A stretch of DNA of 64,000 nucleotides from Azolla caroliniana (lineage: Eukaryota; Plantae; Polypodiophyta): assembly GCA_043228905.1 (NCBI GenBank), contig JBHGNT010000007.1, forward strand, positions 9,238,001 to 9,302,000. The letters run 5' to 3'. The translations under genes and the position numbers were made by a program. Shown one piece after another: positions 1-12,001 of the stretch. The notes under the pieces are model-generated. The model had not been told where the DNA came from and did no database searches. It worked only from the letters and a program-made list of their open reading frames with translations. Position 1 is the first letter of the stretch. Every line of letters starts with the position of its first letter.

Positions 1-14
1 TATGTATATATATA

Positions 15-2468
15 GGAATGGGCTATTTGCCCCCCCCCCCCCCAAAAAAAAAAAAACATAAATAAAAATAAATAAATAAACCTTTTTGGCCCCCTAAAAA
101 AAAAACTTTTTAGCCCCCTATTTTGGCTATTTGCCCCTCTCCCCCCCCCCCAAAAAAAAAAAAAACCTTTTTGGCCTCCTAAAAAAAAACTTTTTAGCCC
201 CCCTATTTTGGCTAAACTTACAACACTTCTTTCCCAATAACACTTACAACAATACCTTGTTGGAACAAATATGCTTGTCAAGTGATTTGGTTGTTGTTGT
301 GAAGTACCAAATAGCTAAAATGAGTTATATTAATGGAAGTCAAATACAACCTTCTTGGTATTACAAAAATAAAAATAAAAATTTGATAGTTCTCACCTCA
401 ACCAAAATGTTTTTGTGATATATATCAACTATTACACTTTACAACCTCATAAAAAGGTTTATCAACTATTACATAAAAAGGAATCGTCGTCAATAACATT
501 CTTAGTATTGTAGGGGCAAATAGCCAAAATGGGGGGGCAAATGCATATCGCAAGTGCGTGCATTGTGACCAGCTTGATCACATTTGGAACATTTGCGACC
601 GGTAGAGTACTCAAATAGTGACTTCTCCCTTTGGTTGGCCTTTTTGTTCTTCGACCCTGCAGGGTGACCTCGCTTCCTAGTTACCACCACTGGATTGGAG
701 AGAGACTGCAATGGTGCTTGACTTGCCTCATCCAATCGTGTCATGAGAACAGCAACCCGGTCATCGTCAGTTTCATACAATCTTTGCTCGATTTTCCTCA
801 TCAAACGCTTTCTGGGAGACAAACAGGGCTTAGCTATAGAGGCGTGTTGAACCATTGAACACGCAATCAAGTGCCATTGACAGTGAATATCTTCAAGATG
901 GAATCTTTCATTTCTTTGGATGCATCTCAAAATGTCATGACAACATGGGACACCAAAACTTGATCGAAACAACCCTGTACATTCATCACCATAATTGTTG
1001 TCAATAACTTTCTTGTACTGCTCCAATAACTTGTCTAATGCGTGTTTGGATATCTTCTTTACTAGCGGCCTCATGAACTCGAGTGCATGTCGATGTGCTT
1101 GTGTAGACTTGTCATACTCCATTTTGGTGTTCAATTCTGTCAGTTGTGTGTCCAGTAGTAAACGGATTTTCTTGAATACAGTGAGCAGATCGTTATTAAC
1201 AATGCCTAAAACCCTCTTGACAACATAATGGTTGCCTTCAATGCGAGAGGTGCTGGTCATTCCAAAGTGAGGGAAGCGACCAGTCCAATAACGTACAATC
1301 TTGTCTTTGTGAATCAACCAAGTCTCGTATACATACTGCACCAACGCATCGTGACTTGGTCGCCATTTCATTTGAAACGTGGCCCAATTAGCCTCAAAAT
1401 CTAGCTCGCTGGAAGAGTATAGAAGCTGGTTCCAGTCGTCCATATAGGCATTTGTGTCGTCAGTGCTTGCAAACTTCGTCGTTGCATAGGCCAGAATGTT
1501 TTTGTTGACATGCCAGATGCAAAGCAAATTCTTTGTAGAAGGGAACACGATAGCAATTGCACTCATCAATGCAAGTTCTCGATCAGTTACAATTATTGAT
1601 GGCTTTGTCACAAATTCGAATGATTGCAATGCCCAAACATACATGGCTTCTATCTCGTTGCATATGAACGCAAATCCAGCATTGAACATACTATTTGTAG
1701 CCGTAATTCCAACGATGTTGAGCATTGGCATGCCAAATCTATTCGTTTTGTAGGTGCAATCCATGACAAATACCACATTGAACCGTCTGGCAAGATTTGC
1801 TGACTTTTGATGACAAAAGAAAAGGCCACTGATTGAGCCGTTCGAGTTCACCTTGGAATTGAAGATAAAGTCGCCAGGGGAGATCTCATCGTATAACGCT
1901 TGAATTGGCGAGCGCCCGTCAAGAAACTCGGCTCTTGCAACAACTTTTTCGTTGTGGATTTCTTTCTTGGTGGTCCATTGATTTCTGGTTTTTTCTCTCA
2001 AGTAGGCCAAAGTTGAAGCCGCACCAGTTCCAGCATTTGCCATGTCGCGAACAATGGTTTTTTCTGTATCAGTTAGTCTACGAGCCGTTGATATACCACC
2101 GAGATTGTCAGAAATAGGATGATTGCGTACAATAGCTGCCTTTTTAATAGTCCATTGTCCCGTTTTCTTCGAGAAGTTTGCTCTAATGAAGAATGGGCAG
2201 TCCATTAGACGAGTCCCTGTTTGTCTTTTGCGAGTATCGTCAGTCAAGCCTAGAGGGTTGCGATATTTTCCCCCATAGTAGCACTTGAAAGTGACTTTTC
2301 TATTGTCACTATGCTTATCCACCACAACAATTATATTTTGAGCACGGAAATGGTCCAAAATAGGGGGCTAAAAAGGTTTTTTTTTAGGGGGCCAAAAAGG
2401 TTTATTTATTTATTTTTATTTATGTTTTTTTTTGGGGGGGGGGCGGGGGGGGGCAAATAGCCCATTCC
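15..2468 (-). mobile_element. Mutator-like DNA transposon (MULE) with ~112-bp TIRs
   Basis: 15-126 (GGAATGGGCTATTTGC...TATTTTGG) is the reverse complement of 2355-2468. Flanked by TATATATA (7-14 / 2469-2476), an ambiguous TSD in a TA run. Encloses a MULE transposase ORF. A second partial TIR copy lies at ~126-212. Confidence 0.9.
502..2358 (-). CDS. MULE/FAR1-type transposase, probably 5'-truncated (first in-frame ATG at 2205)
   Basis: FAR1-like N-terminus (KC..GG.Y...T...CPF), DDE core MDCTYKTN / VTDRE / CIWH / RIEGNH, SWIM-like CTGLFRSSFGVPCCH, C-terminal knuckle CSKCDQAGHNARTC. The ORF-track start is a TTG inside the TIR. Confidence 0.85.
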   Translation of the reverse strand: MDHFRAQNIIVVVDKHSDNRKVTFKCYYGGKYRNPLGLTDDTRKRQTGTRLMDCPFFIRANFSKKTGQWTIKKAAIVRNHPISDNLGGISTARRLTDTEKTIVRDMANAGTGAASTLAYLREKTRNQWTTKKEIHNEKVVARAEFLDGRSPIQALYDEISPGDFIFNSKVNSNGSISGLFFCHQKSANLARRFNVVFVMDCTYKTNRFGMPMLNIVGITATNSMFNAGFAFICNEIEAMYVWALQSFEFVTKPSIIVTDRELALMSAIAIVFPSTKNLLCIWHVNKNILAYATTKFASTDDTNAYMDDWNQLLYSSSELDFEANWATFQMKWRPSHDALVQYVYETWLIHKDKIVRYWTGRFPHFGMTSTSRIEGNHYVVKRVLGIVNNDLLTVFKKIRLLLDTQLTELNTKMEYDKSTQAHRHALEFMRPLVKKISKHALDKLLEQYKKVIDNNYGDECTGLFRSSFGVPCCHDILRCIQRNERFHLEDIHCQWHLIACSMVQHASIAKPCLSPRKRLMRKIEQRLYETDDDRVAVLMTRLDEASQAPLQSLSNPVVVTRKRGHPAGSKNKKANQREKSLFEYSTGRKCSKCDQAGHNARTCDMHLPPHFGYLPLQY

Positions 2469-2514
2469 TATATATAATATGTAATTTTATTGAATGTATT
2501 ATGTATATATGTAT

Positions 2515-3255
2515 GTATGTCAATATACAATATGGTTGATTCTAATATGTATGCAGTATGTAATGCATGTATGTATGTGTATGTACATATTTACATATGG
2601 TCATATATATTTGTAAAATTGTACATATATTTATGTTTAGTCAAAATGCATGTATAAATGGGTGTAATGTATGTATATACATATTCATGATCATGTAATG
2701 TTTGAATGTAGGTATATATGCATGTGTGATGTGTGATATATGAATGTAGGTATATATGCATGTATGCGGTATGCATGTGTGATGTGTGTTATGTTCGTTT
2801 GTGTATGTATGTATGTACATATTGTATTGTATTGTATGTATGGAATGTGTGCATATGTGTATGTATGTGTATATATATAATATGTATTTTATTTTTTTTG
2901 TGTTTGGTTTGTATATTTGCATTTGTATATAATTGTGTGTATAATAATATGTGTGTAATATGTAATATATAAAATTTGTTTGTAAGAATGTATATGTATA
3001 TATGTAATATGTAATATGTAATTTTTATGTATGTATTAGTATATATATATGTATGTCAATATATATGGCCGATTCTAATATGTATGTAGTATGTAATGCA
3101 TGTATGTATGTGTATGTCCATATTTACATATGGTAATATATATTTGTACATATATTTACGTTTAGTCAGTATGCATGTATAAATGGATGTAATGTATGTA
3201 TATACATATTCATGGATCTAATGTTTGAATGTGGGTATATATGCATGCATGCATG

Positions 3256-3287
<32 letters not shown>

Positions 3288-3290
3288 TAT
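2515..3290. repeat. TATG/TA low-complexity region containing a ~200-bp direct repeat (~2516-2724 vs ~3052-3246)
   Basis: Both copies share TTCTAATATGTATG...TTTACATATGG...GTTTAGTCA...AATGTTTGAATGT. Confidence 0.8.
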
Positions 3291-3892
3291 ATGCTACTCC
3301 AAAATTGAGTATTGTTTGTATAATATATTATTTACTATCTAATTGAAATATCTAATATTTCATGGTCTTATGTAAAAAAAATTCCAGCATAATTGATAAT
3401 ACCCTTATGTAAATAGCACGTGCTATCATACACGTTATCATAATTGATGAACTCACGTGCTATCATACAAGTTTTGACAGTAAAGCCCCCGGGAGCTCCA
3501 CCGAGCTTTGCCATGGCTAAAGAGGGAGAAACGGATGAAGATGAAGAAGAAACGAAAGGAAGGAAGGAGAAGAACACGGGAAGAAGACGGAGACAGAGAA
3601 GAAAACAGAAAGGAAGAAGTGAAAGGAAGAAAAAGACAAAGAAGTAAAAGAAATGCTTGAGGGTTTGATGAAAATTACAATAATGCGAGGGCACGCAACT
3701 GAATTTCAAGAACCGTAGGGCAGCGGAGGAGAATTTCACAAGCTCAAGGGTATCCATTAAAATTTCAAAAATTTGAGGGTAAAAATGAAAATTTCTAAAA
3801 CCAAGGGGTACAAATCATGAAATTTCAAAAACACGACTCACATGATGAAAGAAAGAATACACAAACGCACAACACGATTTCACGACTGACCA

Positions 3893-4469
3893 TGTTGAAC
3901 TAGCCGATTGATGTATGATCCAATCGCGACTTGTGCTGACTGAACAAGAAGGTTGGAGTCAAGCAAAGCTCCGATCGAAGTTATCGATCATAAAGCAGTG
4001 ATCCGGTCGAGGGATTTTCGACCGTTGAGACGACAGATGGAGTTCTGGTCGAGAAGAGTTGCCATGGCGAGTGGGTTCACCGTGCAATGCACTGTCCCAC
4101 AGACGTGCCATGTGTTACCTGTAAGAATATACGTGGAGGCATAAGGGTATATGTAATGATGTGGTTGATGTGTATGTATAATATGAATGAGTGTGTGAGG
4201 ATGAGTATGTGTATGTGTACGAACACATGCACATTTGTGTGCATGTGTACGAACACATGTGTACAAAGGTAAGAAAGTGGGTAAGTAATGTAACTCCCTA
4301 CTTGTCTCATTCTTTATTTGTAACTGTTACCTCTTGTACTATATAAACCCCACCCATGGGGCATAATGAAGAATAACTTTTTCCCCTCTCATTCTGGTGT
4401 CGTTCTTATTTTCACTCTCTCCTTCTCTCTCTCTCTATCGCAACCCCCTCGGGAGGCCACCCATCAACA
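3893..4469 (+). mobile_element. LTR-like segment
   Basis: TGTTGA...TCAACA termini, TATATAAA near 4340 followed by a CT-rich tract. Abuts the start of the Gypsy pol remnant. No matching TSD found. Confidence 0.5.
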
Positions 4470-5272
4470 ACTAGTACCGTAAAACCATTTCGAGATAGCG
4501 CCTCATGAGTAGAGCTGATCATCTGACTGATGGAGCCCAGTTGCATAGCTCTTACTGCACCTAGGCCCTCCCGTTTCCTAGTATGCGACTACGTTTCACT
4601 GAGCAAGAGGAAGCAAGATGTCCAGACACGCCACAGTAGAAACACAAGTTGTTGTCTCGTCAATGTTGTCGTTGTGCAGTGGACAATGATCAAGGCCCCA
4701 CTTTATCCACCTCCATCGGCGTAGGTGAATCAGTGGTTAGAACTTGGTTAGTGACATATGGTGAGGTTGGAGATTGAGAGGAAGAAGGCCAAAAAGAAGA
4801 TGGCCCAAGCCTTATTGCCTGAGTCGTACGTTCCACTTGACGGAGCTCAAAGACGCAGTTATCACAATGTACTGCCTCAGGTACCTCTCAATCCCCGACG
4901 GAATTGATCACATAGGGCTTGATCGCCCCACCCCACATCGCAAGCAAGTTGGCGGAATTCGGAGGCGTGGGTGGAGGTTGCGCAATTACTTTGTTGTAAC
5001 GAATAGATCTTGGTGAGCGCAGCTTGGCGTCGGTCCGTCTCCCTGAAAGTAGCTTCAAACTCTATGAGAAAGGCTGGGAAATCTTCCAAAAGTGGTGATG
5101 CCTTCGTTGGTCCTATCAGCAATGAACCGAAGAGACCAACCTGGTGGCACCCTGTGGCATAACGACGGGGTTGTAGGCGGATGACGAGGGAGGCGGATCT
5201 GATTAAGGAAGCCGCATAGTCGAGCACACGTTCCATCGAACTTATCAGGAAGGCTAACCTTGGGTTCATAGT

Positions 5273-6280
5273 TAGCAATGGGCGCGGTTCGGTTTCGGTT
5301 TGGTTTGGTTTCCTGTGTTGAGAAGCAAGCTCAACATGGTATGCGATGCTTATTGGGAAATAAGCTATAGTAGTTATTTAGCTACTTGTGAACATAAAGG
5401 AGAAACAGCTAATTAGCTACAGACAGCTAATTAGCTACTGACAGCTATTTAGCGACTGACAGCTATTTAGCTACTGACAGCTATTTAGCGACTGACAGCT
5501 AATTAGCTACAGGCAGCTAATTAGCTGCATACGTAAGTAACTTATTACTTAGGTAGAAAGTAAGAGAGTAAGATAGGAAGAAGAAGATATACAGGAAGTA
5601 GAACCCTGTGAGAGATAGTGAGCATAGAGAGAAAGAACTCAGAGAGTGAGAGCAAGAGAGAGAAACAAACGAGAGCAAGTAGAGCTCTGCGCATAATGAA
5701 ATAGAAGAAGTTTTTGGCTGCTACAGAGGTAAGTCTCCTTCCCCCTTCCCTTCTGTGTTTGAGCACTAAACGATCTAGCACACCACGATCCGCCGCGCAC
5801 ATAAGAAGAGCCCGAGTGCCTTCTTCACGTTTTCTTAACATCCTGGACTTGAAACCAAACCATTTATTTATTTATATTAAAAACCAAACAAAACTGTTTA
5901 AATTTTATGAAGCCATTTAAATCGAACCATTTAGAGCTGAACCGTTTATGAAAAATTTAGAACCAAACCAAATTTATAAACCGATAAACTTATAAACCTT
6001 TAAACCTTCAAAACTTTTAAACCTTTAAACCTTTAAACCTTTAAACCAAACCACATAAGCTGAAACTGCTAAACCGCTAAACAGTGAAATTCAAAACCAA
6101 ACCAAACCGAAACCGATAAACTGATAAGCTGCCAAACCCCTAAACCATGAAATTCAAAACCAAACCGGATCATAATATTTGAAACCAAACCAAACGGTTT
6201 ATTTATCTTTAAACCAATAAACCGTTAAACCATGGCTTAACGGTTCGGTTCGGTTTGAGCCAAAACCGTGCCCATTGTTA
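5273..6280. mobile_element. hAT-type non-autonomous element (MITE)
   Basis: 8-bp TSD TTCATAGT (5265-5272 / 6281-6288), TIRs TAGCAATGGGCGCGGTT / AACCGTGCCCATTGTTA, many AAACC(G) subterminal motifs. Removing it rejoins the gag frame (YYE|PKVSLPDKF). Confidence 0.9.
5316..5840 (+). mobile_element. Solo LTR inside the MITE
   Basis: TGTTGAGAA...TTCTTAACA termini, 5-bp TSD TCCTG (5311-5315 / 5841-5845), internal ~18-bp tandem array at ~5405-5526. Confidence 0.88.
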
Positions 6281-6840
6281 TTCATAGTAGTGTTTTTGGG
6301 ATGGTGGTGGTGGGTTGAGTGTGTTGGTTGGGGTAACCAAGGATGTGGCAGACTGAAGCTCTAGTAAAGATTGACAAAGGGTAGCGTTATCGGCTTGGAG
6401 TTGTTCCAAAGTTGCGAGTATTTGGGGTAGGCTATCGGATGGATCGTACATGGTTTTCGATGTGTGGTTAACGAAGAGTGGGAGAGAATTAAGAATTGGA
6501 AGGTGAACAAATTGTTAAGGATAGAAGAATTAGAACTACAAGGATGCGATTGACAAGCCTAAAAGCGCTACAAAGACACGATTGACAAGCTAAGAATGAA
6601 TTCATTCAAGGTGAACTCAAGTATTTATACTAAGCGGCATGCATGCCTATTGTGTGCATGTGATACACTAGAGCATGTATGTACGCGTGCCAAGTGTGAA
6701 TAATACAATGGAACAATTATGCTCATGATGTTGGCTTAAAGCTACAAGGAACAATCATGCATATGATTGTATAGTGGACATGTTGGTTAACACATAACAC
6801 TCGATTATAACACAAGAGGTCACGATTTCGGGTCTTGACA

Positions 6841-9800
6841 TGACCGTTGTCATGTCTGTGACACTTGACCGTCTCAGATTCGGTTGCTTTGGTCAGTTGT
6901 TATCTGTAGGCCTGTTATGTGGGAGAGGGATCGGCTTGTGCCGACTCCATAACAATAGCTAGTTGGGAAATCGACACTAGTTTCTATTGTGTCTAGTTTT
7001 CAATTGTCTTATCTTCCATGAAAATACGATATCATGGCTCATCACCACTTCTTTGGCAAGGAGATCACACATCAAGTAAAAAACTCGTCTTTTGCGTACC
7101 CCAAGAATATGTAACATGCATATAAGCTTTGACCTCTAGCTTTTGTAACATGCATATATGCTAAGCATCCGAAAACTCTCAAGTGCAGGTAAGACACATT
7201 TCTTCCTATCCACACCCGTTGCAGGACATCACCATTTAGGGGCACTAAGCGAGACTTGTTTATAAGATAAACCGTCGTGAACATAGTCTTAACTCAATAT
7301 GGTTTCAACAATTTTGCACGTGACAACATGCGTCTTACCCATTCCATTATGGTCTAATTCATCCTCTTTGCGAAACCATTCACCTCGGGGTCTTTGGCAC
7401 TTTATACTAAAGTTTTATGCCTTGAGTCTTACCGTACAACTCAAATTGTCCTTTATACTCACCACCGTTATTTGTCTAGACAATCTTCAACTTCTGTTCA
7501 GATTCTCTTTCTGCTCTAGCATGGAACTCTTTAAAGTTTGATGCCACTTGGTCTTTGGACTTCAACATGAAAGCGTGGCACACCTTTGTGCTGTAGTCAT
7601 CAATAATGTCACAAAATATTGTCCACCCGGATGTTATTGAGCATCCACAAAGCATACATCCGTGTGGACTAGCTCTAGTGCACATTCTCTTCTTCTCAGT
7701 GGCTAGAGTGAAAAGCAGCCATGTTTTGTTTTCCAACCAAGCAATTCACGTATTCTTCCAAATGCATTCCTTTCACTTCTGGGAGAAGTTTCTTCTCAGC
7801 CAACATATGCATACCCCTCTCACTCATGTGGCCAAGCCTTTTATGCCATAACTCACCATCTGAGTTGGCTACCACATTGGCCTCATCTCTACACAACATT
7901 GCATGCATTACATATAATGTGCCTTGCTTTTGCACATGGGCCACTATCCCTCGCAAAACTTCCAAGTACCATTCTGAAAACTACCACTGTAGCCTTCGTC
8001 GTCAAGCCTTCCGGTTGATATTAGTTTTATTCTGACATCTGGCACATGTCACACATCCTTCAATATTATCCTACAACTAGTTGATGTTAACAAGCTCACA
8101 TTTCCAATACTGACAATCTTGCATACTCCATCATTTCCCATCTTTACATAACCATAGTCACTGGTTGTGTAGGATGAGAAACATTCCCTATTCGGAGTTA
8201 AGTGAAACGATGCGCTGGAATCAACTACCCAAGAACATTCATTGTTTGCAAGATTGTCACTAGCTTGTTCACAAATGAATAACAACTCTTCCTCACTAGT
8301 TGCAATGGCTGAGGTGTTTTTCTCATCAATTCTTTTTTGGGTTCAACGTCATCATCAATGCCTTTGTCCTTCTTAAGGTGTCAAAATTTCTGAAATGACC
8401 AGGTTTCCCACAATAGAAACACATGAGTCTTCCTCTGGACTTTGACGTGGCACGAGACTTGTCTCTATTTTAAAGACTCCTATGTTTACTTCTTCCTCTA
8501 CCAAGGTTCTATGCCACATTCGCTTCCGATTGAGACAGGACACTGCTATCTTTTCTTCTTGTCTCTTTGTTCAGAATGCTTTTCTTTACTACTTGTAAAG
8601 ATAGGTTCTCTTCTTGACAAGAAGCACTAAGTGTCACTACTAGTTCTCCCAACTATCTGGTAGGGTACAAAGTAGTAACAGGGCCTGTAACGCATCATCT
8701 AATGGAAATTTCGCTGATGCTAGTTGGTTTACTAACCCCATGAAAGTACTGATGTGCACCACAATGCTATCACCATCTATGTACTTTATTCTCACCAACT
8801 TTCTCATCAAGGAAAATTTGTTGAGAGCATTTTTCCTTTAATACAGACTAGAGAGCTTATGCCACAAGTCGTAGGCATTTGTATTGCTCGCCACATGTTG
8901 AAGGATACCCACGTCTACACATTGTTTGATGGTTGCCACCACCTTTTTATTTAGGATTTTCCATTCAAACTCTAATACCCCAATTGGTATTTCTTTCCTA
9001 TCTATCGGCTCATATAGGTCTTTAACTATTAGAAGATACTCCATCTTGATATTTGTTGAGAGACAAGCTCAACATCGGCCGGATCAGCTGAGCAAGCCGA
9101 GGACCGGATCGGTTGGGACCGATCGGTTAGGCCGGATCGGTACTGGTACGCAGACCGGTGCGTAGGAAGGCCGGATTGGTGCAGAAACCGTGAGGCCATC
9201 GGAAAGATATTCCGCAAGGAATATATTTGGGAGTTAGTGTAGGGGCTCCTTAATGAGCATTGAAGTACTGTCAGTACTTCTGTCAGTCCGAAAAGGACTT
9301 GTATAAAAGTGTTCATTGAACACACACGATGTACAGATTGAGTATTATTTTGAATATAGTTCTATTTTACTCTCTCTCTCTCTCTCTCTCTCTCTCCCAT
9401 GTGTATTGTGTAAACCTAAGATTTCCGTTAAGCCTGTGTGTTGTTCGGTTTCCTATATTGCTTCTGCACGCCATTCTTTTCATTCCAGTCAGAATAGTTG
9501 TGAGAATTTAGGACTATCATTCCTAAAAAAACACTCACAGTTCCTTCCATCTAGAACCTAATGCTTTGATACCAGTTTTATATGTTTACAATCAGAGATA
9601 AACAAAAAATTAATCTGAGACAGAAACACAAATAAGAATACACATGATTTACATGGAAACCCTAAAACCAGGGAAAACCACAAAGCAATGAAAATTGCAC
9701 TATGAATCAAGAGTATACAAATCAAGATACAAGACTCCTTAGGATGCTAGGGGAAATTCCAAGAACAACAAACTCTAATGATGGTGCTACGACCTTAAGG

Positions 9801-10286
9801 GAGAGGAAAAACTCACAAGAATAAACCTATAAGAAAGACGTGGAACAACTCACTTCCTTTCTGTTGGTTTCCTCTCTTGCTCTCTATTTCTTGCACAATC
9901 ATTGTTGAACTCTCAACGCACTCTCTATTGCTCGTTCGCACAGTCTCAACGCTAATCCTTCTCTATCTTAGGTTTGTCTTACTCTCTACGCTCACGCTCT
10001 CTCACTCTCAGTTCTTCTATCTCTCTCACTGAGGTAATAAGTTGTTGCCCTAACATCTATCTATCTATCTATCCATATATATATACTAGTTGGTCGACTG
10101 GTCGGTCTACGGTTAGACCGACCGACCCATAGTTCGACCTCTTTGGTCGATCCGACCGGTTGACCCTCACTTTGATCTTTTGGTCAAACCAACCAACCAA
10201 TCCTCAAATCGATCGATTGGTCGATCTTACCATTCGGTCCTCATTCCGTCCAATCTCTCCCATCAAGAGAGACCCAATACATAACA
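6841..10286 (-). mobile_element. Degenerate Ty1/Copia element C (5' LTR ~9577-10286, PBS 9563-9574, gag-PR-INT remnants, RT/RH missing)
   Basis: PBS TGGTATCAAAGC (tRNA-iMet), MEYLLIVKDLYEPI, CFYCGKPGH, WVVDSSASFHLTP, LWHKRLGHMSERG, HLRVFGCLAY. Many stops and frameshifts. Confidence 0.85.
9054..9482 (+). mobile_element. Solo LTR related to the Copia A family, inserted in the gag of element C
   Basis: Starts TGTTGAGAGACAAGCTCAAC, carries the shared GAAGTAC..GTACTTC / AGTCC..GGACT-TGTATAAA block, ends TTTTCA. TSD not clean. Confidence 0.8.
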
Positions 10287-10879
10287 CCGAAGTTGAAGCG
10301 TAGATGAAGAAGACGAAGTGAAGAATAACACAATTTATACTTTTATCGCAAAACCCTTCCAAAATGTGAGGGCAAGTTGACAAGTAAACCACAGAGTTTG
10401 CAACCACTACCGAAGACAATGATGCCTCAAAGTTAGTGTAGTGTTCTTGGGTCAAATCGTGCTCCCTTCAATGATCAGTGGTGATGATGATTGCAAACCC
10501 TCGAAGTAGAAGAGGTGAAAAATATGACAATATACGTTAATACAAACATAGAAAATGAAGAGCTCCTTCTCCCCATGCTAACTCAAAATTCCAAAAAGAA
10601 GAGCCCTTAAATGAGTCCTCTTCCCATCTTTTTATAGGGAGAGAGACACCTCATTTTGAATTAAATGCACATTATCCCCACTTTACACTAAAATAAAATA
10701 AATGAAAATTCGCGGTTCCAAAAATTCAAACTCTACACCCCTTGTACTTAATCAATGGCCTTAACCACTAAGCAATTTACTTTCATTTATTATATTTGTG
10801 TTTTACGTATAATAATTTATGATTCTATAGTTGTGGTTGGGCCCCCTCTTTCTACCTTCACGGCTGCCACATCATGACA
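10287..10879 (-). mobile_element. Probable LTR fragment
   Basis: Minus-strand start TGTCATGA at 10879 interrupts the adjacent gag remnant. TATAAAAAG near 10635 is followed by a pyrimidine-rich tract. Confidence 0.4.
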
Positions 10880-11487
10880 ATGTGTCCTCATACCATTGAA
10901 TTTGTCGGGTAGACAAACCTTCAACTCCAAAACATTTGGTTCTCAAGATACAATCAATGAAGAACCAAGCTTCGTAGGTTGGATGCTCATTGATGTTGAT
11001 GTAGGGTTGGGTTTTGCGGCCTCGAGGTTCATCAGAGTAGCATCTTGAAGTTTCTACAATAAATCTTGAAGGTTGTTATTATCGATTTAGAGGTGTTGCA
11101 ATGCTACCATCATTTGGTTTAGGTTATCGATGGAGTCAGACAAAAGGAGAATTGGGAAGGTGGAAGGTACAATTTGTCACGTATAGTTAGATTGGAGCAA
11201 AAAGGAGATAAGAGACAAGATATTGATTGAGAGAGAATGAGTGCATTATACTTTACATAATCGGTGTTATTCACCTTGATTGGGATCAAGATAAACTGTA
11301 TTTATACATGTTCCTGAGAATTGCATGTAGGCAAAGAATATTATGAAAATATGGATGCATGCTCTAGAAGCTTCTACAACTTTTTAGAGATTTTATAGAA
11401 TGCTAAAATCATTATAAATGTACCAAGTATTTTGTCATAACCACATGATGTGTTGAGATGTATTGACTATCAGCATTGGTCATGACA
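10880..11487 (-). mobile_element. Gypsy chromovirus remnant 3 (LTR 11175-11487 plus gag N-terminus)
   Basis: TGTCA...TGACA LTR with the family hairpin/TATA block. gag SDSIDNLNQMMVALQHL*...LELKVCLPDKFNG. Confidence 0.7.
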
Positions 11488-12001
11488 TGGGAGGTTGGGA
11501 GGTGGGGGGTTTGATTCCTATCTGTAACATTAAACAAAGGAAGGTTTGATAGGATGCACCACTTGTAGTGGAGGAAAATCGAAGAAGGAAATTGTGTGAT
11601 AATGTATGACAACAGACAGGCTCAACAATCAACATAGTTCCATGAGGACATTCCTGAGGTGATGGTTTGGGACATTTGTTGTGATCAACACAAATGACAC
11701 CACCACCACCTACACACTTGACCGAACTTGACAGGACAAGGCTAGCGGTATTGATTGTGGGACAAACGCCACAAGGAGTTGAGTCGTGAGAGGCCGGAGG
11801 AGAACAAATGTGACATGTGACATGGTGTGCCGAGGAGTGTGAACACATTAGGTTGGGGTAGGGTGTTAATTATCTACTAAACATCTCATATTCCATGCCA
11901 AAGATACTCAAACTAATCCTTGGGAGGCATAATAAGACAAAGTAGAGATGTAAGCTGAATGATGTATCAATGGCCCTTTTGCTTCTGTGATTCATAAAAA
12001 C

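Larger units (their letters stand above)
4470..6840 (-). mobile_element. Gypsy chromovirus remnant 1 (5' LTR 6513-6840, degenerate gag from ATG 6451, start of pol)
   Basis: gag MYDPSDSLPQILATLEQLQ...EPKVSLPDKFDG...DQALCDQFRRGLR...PMEVD...CFYCGVSGHLASSC is homologous to 22648-23663. The LTR resembles 18842-19175. Split by a MITE. Confidence 0.85.

Noticed and set aside
2591-2972. Y/I/H/C/V-rich short ORFs
   Set aside because: Translations of TATG/TA low-complexity DNA.
3368-3835. K/R/E-rich ORF and spaced AAATTTC/AGGG motifs resembling a MULE-MITE end
   Set aside because: The ORF is a GA-rich tract, and no partner TIR or TSD was found.
5405-6240. Short regular repeats that could look CRISPR-like
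   Set aside because: No unique spacers and no cas genes; these are an LTR tandem array and hAT subterminal motifs in eukaryotic DNA.
11480-11848. 122-codon Cys/His/Pro-rich ORF divergent from the PPR gene
   Set aside because: No signal peptide or recognisable Cys pattern, and it ends in an LTR; cannot be supported without expression data.
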